From Schmidtea polychroa (Eukaryota), in the NCBI GenBank assembly GCA_044892525.1, contig CM097886.1, positions 74,214,001-74,278,000 of the forward strand: a stretch of 64,000 bases of DNA, written 5' to 3'. Shown one piece after another: positions 42,401 to 50,591 of this stretch. The notes below the pieces were generated by a model. It was not told the DNA's origin and did no database searches. It saw nothing but the letters and a program-made list of their open reading frames with translations. Position 1 is the stretch's first letter, and the number at the start of each line of letters is the position of its first letter. The position numbers were made by a program, and so were the translations under genes.

Positions 42401-45400
42401 TTTCCTTATAATATAAACATATTTCGTTGAACCATTAGAAATGACATATACTATTGTCATTTACTAGAATTGCTAGCCCTGAACTCTTCTGTAATATTCA
42501 ATCAATACCTTCACAACAAATGTGTTGCTTCCTTGAAAGCATTATATAACCATATTACATGGTGTGGCAGAATACATGGTCGAAATGTGTAGTTTGTAGC
42601 TAGATCAATATTATGAAAAAATACCATTAGACTCATGCTACAGCGATTTATTAGGAATGCATCATAAAGATAATATATAATCAAAATACAGATAGGAGGT
42701 CATTTTGGCAGATAAGTTCAGCTGTGATTATTAATTTTTATTAGAAAAAGTGTTATCCTGAACTATTAATTGATTTCCCGATTTTTCATAATTAACTCTC
42801 TACGAATTTGTTTGTTTAAATGGAAAGGTTTACGCGAAAGATATAGAAACACATGATCAGCTTATAAATGAATTGAAAATTATTGGTAAGTATGAATAGT
42901 TTTGTAATTTTAAGCAACGTTAAACATTAAATTATTTTGGATTATTAATTTTAAATTTATGATTCATTTTTATAACACTTCATTTACACATTTGCAAAAA
43001 ACTTGAAAATAATGCATATTAGGTGAAATCTATGAAAATATTTTTATGGAATTTTACTAATGGAATTACATTTTGCAATAACAATGTCAATTTAAAAGTG
43101 AAATGTTAATGAAATTTTATAAAATAGTGTTAGAGGTTTGTTGTAGGTTTTTAAATGTTGTTGGTTAAATGAATTGTCGGTTCGTATATGAGAAGAGTTT
43201 GTAGAGCCCGGTAAAGTCTCCAGTAAAAAGTATCAGGACAGCCTAGGTGCTTCTATGTATGCTGATGTAAAAAATGTAAAATAACAATTAATAAAAATTA
43301 CAAATTACTGAACAGAACTAACTATACTTTTACAACGTTTATTTAATAATCACAAATAAAATGAAAGAAACCTTTTTTGTCCGACTGATTTAATTCTAAA
43401 TAGTATGGAAATATTTGGGATATGGTATTTGTTGTATTCTTTTATTGTTGATTTTCAGTTTTCGTCTTTGGTAGATATATAAATTGTCGGAGAATAATTA
43501 TTACTTTCAATTTATAAGTCGTCGTAGTTTCGTTGTTTCTGAAATCTCCTGTTTTAAATTCCCGAATTACTTTTTAGTTTCTTTAGCTGTATATTTATTA
43601 ATACATTTATAAAATTACACTAAATAGATTTCTTTTTAATTTTTAGTATTTTTGACATTAGGTTAATAAAGTAACAATACACTACACAACTTCCCCCTTT
43701 AGAACTGGAGTTTAACAAGAATCAATAAAGATCAACATTTTTAAAATAACCTTTCTTTGTTGTTTTTTTTTGTTATATTTTTACTTTTTTTAAGTACAAC
43801 CTAGATAAAAACTAAAAATATGTAACAAAACATTTTCTATCGTTTTGTTACATATTTACAAAAAAATAAAACTGTACAATCAGCATTTTTTGTGCACGTG
43901 CTCTATTTGTGTATGTTTATGTTTTTATTTAAAGCATTCGTATGTATCGTTTTTTGTATATGGGTGTGATTATTGTGTCTTTGCCGAACAGTTTTATTGG
44001 GTTTTTGTAGTTGAATGTGATGTTTGTGTATTGTCTTTTGTGGGGTTGTTTGGAATGTTTTGGCTATTGTGGTAAGGTTTTATTCGTATTATATTTATTC
44101 TGGTTTTGATGTTGTCTTTTATTATTGTTGCTACGTTTTCGTTGACTTTCGAGCAGTTGGTTTTCCTGTCTATAATTGTCAGCATGTATTTGTAGTTGTC
44201 GTTTGTTGAACTGGTCCTACCACGTCTGTGTGAATCGTTTCAAAAACTTCGCTGCTTCTGAAGTTCACTTTTTGTGTTTTGAGTTTTTTTGTTGTTTTGT
44301 TTAATTTGCAGTTGTGGCAACTCTTGACATAATTTTCACTTGAATTCACTTGAAAAAGGCAGTGCTGAACATTCTTTAGCATCAAAAAACATCGATATAT
44401 TACTGATTTATAGTCTTCAAGCTCTCTTTTTTAATAAATTCAATGGAAAAAATAATCAGTGGTGAAATTGGATAAAAGTTTTTTAGTTGCTTTTATTTTA
44501 TTGTACTTTTGTGGTTGATGGGGTTGTGTAACCACCTGAGTTAGCAAACACAGGAAAGTGACAGTGGGGTTAGTATAACCATTAAGGCGTGTGTTTGAAG
44601 TTCAATTTTTTAATACTTTTTGTTATATTTCTAAATGAAAGATTTCAATAATTAAATTCACCACTACATGGTATTTTTTTATAATTTAAAAAATATATCA
44701 TGAAAAAATAATCCTTACAGTTGGCTCTGAATGAGATATTAATGGTATTCTATTTTATGACTTACTTGTAAATGTACAAGGTTTTCTGGGTGATTGTACT
44801 CCATTCTATTCAATAAAAGAATACAAGCTCCAATAATTATATCCGAATATGTTGATATCATTGTGTATCTAACCTTTAATATCAATAGCTTAGACAAGTA
44901 CAGAACGCAGTTTCTGGATGCTAAAATTAATTTTAAAAATATGTATTAATATCAACACGTTTTACTAGTCTAGTGATATTATCCATAAAAATGATTTAGA
45001 AACTAGATTTTATTATTTAAATTAAGCATAAAGTGATGATTTCTTGGTAGCAGCATTTATTATTTAAAACAATAAAGTGATAAGCCTTTTGCTGCGAATG
45101 TATTTAATGAAAAGATTTTCGGCTATAAGATAGTCTTTGTCAATCTTAAGCCTTTGCATAATTATTTTTATATTTTATCTCAACGACTAAACCTTATTTC
45201 TTTGAATAGATGCTTTAGCAAAATATTTAAATACACTTTTACATTTAGTTGAGATATAACTTCTATTATATACTCCATATTTAAAATTACTATTAAATAA
45301 CCGTTTACAGAAGACCGTAAAAATTATTTACTCTATGATGTCACAATTGCTTAAAAGACGGCCCTGGAGACATTGTTCTGAATTCCATATATGTGTGTTG

Positions 45401-48400
45401 AGTTTTGTGGAGTGGCTTAGTGTACTCTTCCATTACAAATATTTCTATATTGGGTGGTATAGAGGAATTTTTTACATAATATTAACCAAACATCCCGTTC
45501 TATTCGTTTGGCCTAAACCTATTGAAACATCCTATAGTTATTAAATATAATTTTTTATTTATTTTTATTCAGAAGTTCATTTGCTACATCATCTCCAGTC
45601 AGTATTACTACAACAACTTCATTTTCTGCCAACTCACAGAATATTGTGTCATCATCTCAGCCAAATAATCAAATACCTTTCTCACTCAATGATTCTACAT
45701 CTTTAGAATTGCAATTGGAATATTGGACAGATCATTCTGCAAAAAAAGTCTCTTTAAAATCCGCATTTCGTCAAGTTCTAGTCAGCCCTATTATTTCAAA
45801 TACTTACGGTGTCAACACTCAACATTTATTATCTCTTACCATAATCAGTAGGGAGAAAAAACAAAAAAGTAATTATAAATTGTCACTATTAATTTTTTTA
45901 TAAATGCAGTTTAACGATAATTACTTTATAAATATACTTACATGTTCAATTATAAAACTAAAAGAACACCACCATAAGATAATATAGTGTGTGGATGGGC
46001 TCAAAAAAAGTTTCATAGGATTGTTCTGAAATAAAAAATTGTTAACAAATTTCATCAGGTTTTCGACTCTAGAAAAAATATTGATCTATGGATGAAAACT
46101 TAATAAAAATCTAAATGAAAGAAACAGATCGATTATTCGTTGTCAATAACATTTCGTAAATAAAACAACAATGTAACATTGTTTTTGTATACAAAATCAT
46201 AGATTATTTCTCAATAAAATTTAATAATTTTTCAAAATGTCTGCGATGAGTATCATATTGTCTATATTAAGTAATTTATTACAAATTTTTTTTATTGTAA
46301 TGATTGATACATTAGAGTTGATAAAAGGATGATTGAGATGATCTTTTGTTTTATTTATTGTTATTGTAGAATTACTTTTAAATTAAATTTATAAAACCTT
46401 AATATTTAAAAAAAATTAAAAATTTTCGTAATTTAAAAATAATTTTTAATTTAATTTTTAACAAATAATTAAATAAAGTATGATTGGGTTTGATTGAATG
46501 AATTGAAAATTAATCTTCCTAAATTAAAGAAGATAATTAAAAAACCTAATTATTTGTTTTTAAAAAATTTGGTTTTATAAATATATTTTTGGAACGTATT
46601 AAAATGTATAGTTTATGTATTCTATTAATACTCGAGCCACCAAAAAAGATGTTTCAAATTATTATTATTATTATTATTATTATTAGAAGTTTACTTGTTT
46701 AATATTTTATTTTAGTTTATTTACTTGTTTAATATTATTGTTATTATTATTGTAGTTGATTTTTTCATGAAAATAATCATTTTAAATCTTATACAAAATC
46801 TAGCTGATGTTATAATCTATTCAGTTGATTTAAATTGTTTGAATATTAATATTTTGAAAGATTAGTTATTAAGAGAAGTTAAAGATTCTCATTTGGAAAA
46901 TTTTAAAATACGACATGCATATATTCCTTTATTCAAATGAGTAGATGAATATGATTTTAAAACTGAAATTGTTCAGCCGCATCAAAAGGTTGAAGGCGTA
47001 CTAGTTAAAATGCTAATATACCCTATAATATAAATTTTATTTAAACTTAAAGATTTTTATAGTGTCTATTTTAATTATCAAACTTTTTCATTATACAATT
47101 TTCATCATGTGATAAAAATTCGTTATTTAGTAAGTGCAAAGTTTATGCAAGGAAATCATATTATGACAAATATATTCATCAAATAAGAAAATAGTCACTA
47201 TAAAGGCATAAAAGCTTTACCACACATGAGAATAATTAGAAATAATTGTATGTCTTACAGAATATTCTCAAACGGGCGCCAAAAATGTGCACAAGTGATA
47301 AAATTTTAAACTTTATTTTAGTTTAATGTGTTTCACAGATGTCATAGTTTCTCTCGGATATCTAATATTTTAGTTATAAAAATATTCCTATATACTATGA
47401 GTTGATATTTAAAGGACTAAATAAAATGTTGGTACCAAATAGGTTAGGCCATTGACATATTTACACGACCATTCAGTGAGTATTATCCCAGAAATAATTA
47501 TTGTTGTTATTAATTTAATTAAAAAAAAGTCTGAAGAATCGCTGTTTTAAAATCTAAAATATTATTTAAAACCAAATTTTGTTATAAATTTATAAATTTT
47601 AATTTTAAAATGAATAATAATATAATATGAATATTTGCACAGTATCGAAATTAAAGTTTCAGAAAGTTCGTTTGTAAACGTTATGTTATGAAATGTAATT
47701 GTTATCCTTCGACTTATCTTATTATTACAATCTCAAAATGACTGAAGAAATCAAATGCAACCCTATCGCAACTAGCAGTTATAATTTATGGAAATTTTTT
47801 TATTTATAAAATTAAATTATAAAATTTTACTGCATCCAATTCTACGATTGTTTATTAAGTTAATTATTTTCAGTTATGAGGATTGCAAAAAAACCCAAAC
47901 ACGATGCCGGAGATTCGAAGAAAGAAACTTTTGATGATGTTAACCGAATTCTTTGTACAAGCAAAAGTCAAAATTCGGCAATTAGAGGTAGTTATTATTT
48001 AGTTTTAATATATTTTATAAGATATATCGTTGTTTGTTTTACTCAGGAATTTAATATAAATTAATTATTGAACCATAATTATTTCAATTAAAAGTCGGTT
48101 CGCGTATAAGCCGATCCATCAATTTGGGAAAGAAATTAATCCAAAATTACTCGGCCTATACGCAAGTATATACGGTAATAATAAAATGACAAAGAAAATA
48201 TGAAATATTACTGACAATTTTGGTGCAGAAATATTTTCCAAACCCTCCAGGCAACTGGTTAATAATAACCATTAAGTAATAGGTGATATAACATTTTTCA
48301 AATCAAACAATAATTTTTCCTGAATTCTTCTTCAAGTTTTATTTTTCTTTATAAACTTTAGAATATGTTTCTTAGAAAGTTCAAATTAATTGCTTAAATT

Positions 48401-50531
48401 AATAAATATTCAAAAATGAAATGATATATTTAAAAGTAATTAAAAATATTTATGACCAATAATTATATTTATGTCAAATTATAAATAATAGACAAATAAC
48501 AAATAAACAATGTTTGAAATAAATAAATATTACAAAGTCGAATGATTTCACTGAGTTCACTGGAATCTCGCTCAACGGATATCACGCGCCGACTGCTTCA
48601 TAATTGGCAAAAACTATTGGTGATCCATTCAACAGTATTATCGCCAAGTCAACATAAACTGCTAATGGGATTCGAACTTTATGTTATCTCATAATTCTTC
48701 TTCTATTTCTCCATTAACTCCTAAACTTTGGTTTAATGTTTTATTGGGCATCATTTTCCCGTCCTCTTTCTAACGCTATTGACATTGCTAAATTAAACCA
48801 ATCCATGTCACTTTGACCAATTATATTTCTCTTAAATAACTGAACTTAGCATATCATTATGTCATGATGACATTTTTGTTTCAGGAAATTGTTTTCTAAG
48901 AATGTTGATTTTAATGCTAATAAGACTTTCGTGTGTATTTAAATGTAAATAAATAGTTGCGAAGATTTCAAGATGCTGGAGTCTTTGCTTAGACTGCTAA
49001 GTGAATTTACTTGTTTTTTGTGTTTACTTTCAATCGAGATCCTACAATTTAACACGTGCTAATTTTGTAGATGTTTGCAAAAAGTTTTTTCATCGATTCA
49101 TGTTAAACTGGAATTGATCCAGAAACTTGTCACAACATTAGATATAATTAAAAATATTAAAAAGATGCGATCAATGTTTCATAAGCTTCGTATGTTTATT
49201 GAATCTCAGGTAAAACAGATGTTTCTATCAAAAACTTTAGGTAAAAGACACATGTAGGTAAGTCAGTACTAAAATCAACAAGACAACTATCGTTGTTTGC
49301 ATATGAACCAAGTTCGCATTCGCATTTTCAATCTCTTACTGAAAAACTTATGAAAGTGTCATTATCACATACAATTAATGAAGAAACAATGTAATGGAAT
49401 TTGGGAGACTGCAGTGATTGATAACTACGTCTGACATTTTCTTTGTGAAAATAATGTAGGCTATATAAAAAGAAAGCGATCCAATTTACACTTCTTGATT
49501 AGCTTCCTGCGATAATTATATATGCTAATTGAAGATCTGTGTTTGGGTTTATGTAAATACTGTGTAAATCTAATTCATATTAGATGACAAACTAACTGAC
49601 ATTTCTGGCATAATATATTAAAAGTAAAGAGATCAAAGGCGACGAAAGAATATTTATATATATTGTCTACTTTTTTTATTTCATTGTCATGAGATTTTCG
49701 AAATTTATTGATTTTCATTCTCTCGTACAGTCTATCAATTTGTTCCATATTGGATCAATTTTTTTCATATTGGATCAATTTATCCCATCTTAGATCAATT
49801 TACCCCATATTAGATCAATTTATCCCATATTAGATCAATTTATCCCATATAGGGTCCATTTATCCCATATAGGATCCATTTATCCCATATAGGATCCATT
49901 TATCCCATATTAGATCAATTTATCTCATATAGGATCAATTTATCCCATCTTAGATCAATTTATCCCATATTAGATCAATTTATCCCATATTAGATCAATT
50001 TATCCCATATAGGGTCCATTTATCCCATATAGGATCCATTTATCCCATATAGGATCCATTTATCCCATATTAGATCAATTTATCTCATATAGGATCAATT
50101 TATCCCATATAGGATCCATTTATCCCATATTAGATCAATTTATCTCATATAGGATCAATTTATCCCATATCGGATCAATTTATTGCATACATCAATGTTG
50201 CAAATGGAAAAGACATTGATCGATAATCGGAGAGAATGAAGATAAATAAAAAATTAACTTTGTTTTTTCCCCAATTTTCTTAATTGATTTATTTGATCAA
50301 TTAATTTTCCATTCATTCTTAACAATTTCTCTTTTTAAAATTATTTTATGAAAATAATTATAAAAGATATGATTAAAAGTGAAATGTTGAATATTAACCT
50401 ATTATATCATTGCTGCCGCCATTCCAGTTACAATAGATGGAGTCAATTGGACCGGTGTGAAATTTTTCCAGTTGAGTCCATATTGGAGAACACAAATCAA
50501 AATGTTCCCAATTGCCACATTCAATAATTGA
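4294..50531 (+). CDS. PACS: PACS-family (PACS1/PACS2-like) sorting protein, 15 exons visible, 5' part not found in window
   Basis: Spliced exons give recognisable PACS motifs: QKQIKQKIMGLLKKVK (cf. QNFKQKVVALLRRFK), SIQSTPRPTLRPFF (cf. SVLSTPKPKLRPYF), LSSVLRVFVDQM...FRFFLIP, SFIPFVCEVRLG, LQLEYW...KVSLKSAFRQVLVS, VNRILCTSK, VTIDGVNWTGVKFFQLSPYWRTQIKMFPI. All junctions are GT-AG with matching phases; exon sum 2492 nt. Confidence 0.93.
5335..5394 (+). CDS. PACS: PACS 60-nt exon
   Basis: tatag|IGGHHRHRRSSSPSTTLPEW|gtaagc; phase 0/0, GC-richer island in an AT-rich intron; no homology support. Confidence 0.65.
6806..7192 (-). pseudogene. Possible retroelement gag relic with degenerate zinc knuckles
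   Basis: Minus ORF contains RCWECSEY and CSYCKRNGSFKRQC (CX2CX4[H>S]X4C spacing), preceded by a basic helical stretch. Confidence 0.35.
7777..7842 (+). CDS. PACS: PACS exon
   Basis: attcag|QKQIKQKIMGLLKKVKLMEHSE|gtaggt; followed by a 43-nt intron. Confidence 0.88.
7886..8083 (+). CDS. PACS: PACS exon
   Basis: ttcaag|ELDPRDTCQLWDEIDQLENVSEDSDIGDMDTLSIQSTPRPTLRPFF...LSA|gtatga; followed by a 44-nt intron. Confidence 0.9.
8128..8262 (+). CDS. PACS: PACS exon
   Basis: gtaaag|EAGAKLLKKLQLETSGNIGQ...DGS|gtaagt; 135 nt, phase 0/0. Confidence 0.8.
8781..9230. repeat. Tandem duplication, 2 x ~223 bp
   Basis: Unit aatcatttgttattttctaatttccatgatgg...gtggttataaaat at 8781 and 9004; the only difference seen is one extra TTAA unit. 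Confidence 0.95.
10118..10440 (+). pseudogene. Helitron RepHel PIF1-helicase fragment
   Basis: FSELFSFIKDGDG*...LNDKEILTPTNDMAVIMNNSLL and, after a frameshift, IRYPVEILYTLN (cf. IGDG, RAILAPTN..V..IN, YPVEFLNSLN). Confidence 0.8.
10643..10875. mobile_element. 233-bp piggyBac-type MITE
   Basis: TTAA on both sides; TIR CACTCTCACTGCCA versus reverse complement CACTGTCAGTGCCA (12/14). Confidence 0.85.
10941..11312 (+). pseudogene. ASF1: Intronless, truncated ASF1 histone H3-H4 chaperone copy
   Basis: AKISISNVEVLENP...DDLEWKLIYV...DQVIDSVLVGPIPVGRHDFV...VTVILL...QEFVRIGYFVSNEY is unmistakably ASF1. It starts with GTG, and the NPP..KP...PRVTRF..W segment is missing before the TGA. Confidence 0.93.
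11429..13928 (-). mobile_element. 2.5-kb piggyBac transposon
   Basis: TTAA at 11425-28 and 13929-32; TIRs TCCTTTCAACACT and (rc) CCCTTACAACACT; subterminal GGGA-n-TCCC palindromes at both ends; transposase inside. Confidence 0.9.
11657..13504 (-). pseudogene. piggyBac transposase, frameshifted
   Basis: Four ORF pieces: acidic N-terminus, SINESMTKFKG (first D is N), KRGIKLWLRCD, CFDRFF, GGVDLCDQ, and C-terminal cysteine-rich domain RCVRC...CLAC...LCKTCFAPYH. Confidence 0.92.
14085..14112 (+). mobile_element. Helitron 3' terminus (hairpin + CTAG)
   Basis: ccgtagcgaagcacgg gaatacgg ctag followed by T. Confidence 0.88.
14449..14907 (+). CDS. PACS: PACS exon (Ser/Thr-rich middle region)
   Basis: ccttag|ETTEDESKSF...LSLDTN|gtaagc; 459 nt open, phase 0/0. 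Confidence 0.8.
14992..15221. other. Assembly gap (others at 19840-20064 and 63438-63587)
   Basis: Runs of N. Confidence 1.
15278..15348. mobile_element. 71-bp piggyBac-type MITE
   Basis: ttaa CCGTTAGACTGC ... GCAGCGTAACGG ttaa (TIR 10/12). Confidence 0.75.
15556..16345 (-). pseudogene. Tigger/pogo transposase relic
   Basis: CENP-B-type HTH MEKVLMIWIEDRTQKYMPIDTNAITHKAFQIY and Tigger C-terminus EGLELGRKLSNYFQQYDPNLEWAFRFQR; DDE core absent. Confidence 0.75.
16372..16598. repeat. 227-bp dispersed repeat, copy 1
   Basis: Matches 58499-58725 in the same orientation with 2 mismatches. Confidence 0.95.
18709..19120. mobile_element. 412-bp hAT (Buster/Charlie-type) MITE
   Basis: TIR CAGGGGTCTCAAAC / rc CAGGGGTTTCAAAC; perfect 8-bp TSD ATATAGTA (nnnTAnnn); subterminal GCGGCCCGC repeats; internal (ATT)n at 18877-18948. 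Confidence 0.96.
20143..20295 (+). CDS. PACS: PACS exon
   Basis: aatag|NGRPQRRSRQRSSSIPHE...MLFE|gtaagt; 153 nt, phase 0/0. Confidence 0.75.
21911..22103. repeat. AT-rich foldback / inverted repeat (~70-bp arms)
   Basis: taaacaagtaaatgataatataat...tttgctgcaaagtatata...aaaatgaaataatt recurs inverted at 22030-22103; related single arms near 35740-35795 and 45085. Confidence 0.7.
22361..22529. mobile_element. 169-bp piggyBac-type MITE
   Basis: ttaa CCACTTGCCGGGCG ... CGCTCGGCAAGTGG ttaa (13/14). Confidence 0.9.
23582..23683 (+). CDS. PACS: PACS exon (start of C-terminal domain)
   Basis: atttag|PRPELVELVNEYLSTHSESLEVIYIINLSDFGGK|gtaagt (cf. PRQSLYDQLN...IILVNTSDWQGQ). Confidence 0.85.
25540..25990 (-). 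pseudogene. Mariner transposase relic (catalytic region)
   Basis: Minus strand gives LLFMVVTWNSQDV, ALYSPDLAISNF (YSPDL motif) and FFKNGLF*LVKRLVKC. Confidence 0.7.
26150..26432 (+). mobile_element. 3' end of a Buster-type hAT element
   Basis: TLLAFGSSYLCKLAFSTFTELKSK*...EDEIRVCLSKIEPRINQIC, then terminus ...gccgattaCTG followed by CTTTACGC (nnnTAnnn). Confidence 0.7.
26524..26630 (+). CDS. PACS: PACS exon
   Basis: tttcag|HVTDLFTKEHIAHIAVASFADTKFALTQIINRIRK AG|gtaatt; phase 0 in, phase 2 out. Confidence 0.85.
28270..28560 (-). mobile_element. Penelope-like element 3' fragment (GIY-YIG endonuclease)
   Basis: VYQFTCNGCNATHMGETSCHLCIRAREH matches the Penelope GIY-YIG motif; a more diverged related tail lies at ~29990-30230. 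Confidence 0.75.
28769..29832 (-). mobile_element. Non-autonomous Tigger/pogo element
   Basis: Tigger-like ends (CACCTAGGCCTTGCTTTGCGACG; rc CAATACACGCTTTGTGTCG) and C-terminal NFEEMKEEDIDELLTLHNNEINNDDL. Confidence 0.6.
30488..30546. repeat. (TAA)n microsatellite; similar tracts at 22140-22213 and 28158-28210
   Basis: Direct inspection. Confidence 0.97.
31400..32863 (+). mobile_element. 5'-truncated, heavily decayed piggyBac
   Basis: FIDETMVKFKGR, YVDKFYSS and MGGVDRFDQ (three catalytic D intact) in broken frames, cysteine-rich-domain remnant, 3' end ...GCGCACCTAAAAGG|TTAA; no matching left end found. Confidence 0.85.
33156..33295 (+). CDS. PACS: PACS exon (donor ambiguous: 33295 or 33343)
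   Basis: atttag|G SDLIKICLLGGDCHLSSVLRVFVDQM...RFFLIPIT G|gttttt; a second in-frame donor G|gtaaac follows 33343. Confidence 0.85.
33426..33482. repeat. (TA)n microsatellite
   Basis: Direct inspection. Confidence 0.98.
34907..35040. repeat. Palindromic dispersed repeat (copies also at ~2850-2915 minus and ~6430-6530 plus)
   Basis: actatgaatcaagtaaagatatc...gatatctttactgattcatagt hairpin followed by attgaaaagaaatc..gtgaaaattg, shared with the other copies. Confidence 0.7.
35345..35581 (+). CDS. PACS: PACS exon
   Basis: atttag|GA ITIHNSMARRLCSIDSKY...LQCPIGDCLIAC...TQ G|gtataa; phase 1/1. Confidence 0.87.
36364..36944. mobile_element. 581-bp non-autonomous piggyBac related to the 11429 element
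   Basis: ttaa CCCTTTCAATA ... TATTGAAAGGG ttga; internal TGGGAC-n6-GTCCCA palindromes as at 13548-13565. Confidence 0.8.
38660..39053 (-). mobile_element. Possible Tc1/mariner-type element end
   Basis: TA|CAGGGTGTCC terminus on the minus strand at 39053; adjacent coding remnants not convincingly assignable. Confidence 0.35.
42106..42280 (+). CDS. PACS: PACS exon
   Basis: ttttag|AT CDSSAESFIPFVCEVRLG...TNV AA|gttagt; phase 1 in, phase 2 out. Confidence 0.88.
43275..43688 (-). mobile_element. 3' LTR of a Ty3/Gypsy-like retrotransposon
   Basis: TG...CA boundaries, polypurine tract AAAGGGGGAAG immediately upstream on the minus strand, AATAAA inside; the 43275 boundary is less certain. Confidence 0.65.
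43689..44400 (-). pseudogene. Gypsy integrase relic
   Basis: YVKSCHNCKLNK...VFETIHTDVVGP (HHCC end plus first catalytic D); integrase lies next to the PPT as in Gypsy order; no 5' LTR found. Confidence 0.75.
45573..45868 (+). CDS. PACS: PACS exon
   Basis: attcag|A SSFATSS...LELQLEYWTDHSAKKVSLKSAFRQVLVS...SREKKQK A|gtaatt; phase 2 in, phase 1 out. Confidence 0.88.
47874..47987 (+). CDS. PACS: PACS exon
   Basis: tttcag|TT MRIAKKPK...DVNRILCTSKSQNSAIR G|gtagtt; phase 1/1. Confidence 0.88.
48090..48175 (-). mobile_element. pogo/Tigger-like terminal fragment
   Basis: rc TA|CCGTATATACTTGCGTATAGGCCG plus an inner CGCGTATAAGCCG repeat. Confidence 0.55.
49739..50182. repeat. 20-bp minisatellite (~22 units) in the last PACS intron
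   Basis: Unit TTTATCCCATATWRGATCMA; variant pattern repeats at 160 bp and 60 bp. Confidence 0.97.
50428..50531 (+). CDS. PACS: PACS last coding exon
   Basis: ttccag|TT TIDGVNWTGVKFFQLSPYWRTQIKMFPIATFNN*; conserved PACS C-terminus. Confidence 0.92.
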
Positions 50532-50585
50532 AATTATTTTCCATTTGTGAAGTTGCTGATGTAACGCGCTTATCAGATCAAATCG

Positions 50586-50591
50586 AATAAA
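50586..50591 (+). promoter_or_regulatory. Candidate polyadenylation signal of PACS
   Basis: AATAAA 55 nt after the stop; weak evidence in such AT-rich DNA. Confidence 0.35.

Noticed and set aside
48540-48700. tRNA or SINE-like B box (GTTCGAATCCC on the minus strand)
   Set aside because: No A box, cloverleaf or TSD; at most a decayed SINE.
49739-50182. CRISPR-like array
   Set aside because: Contiguous 20-bp units with no unique spacers, no cas genes, and a eukaryotic intron context.
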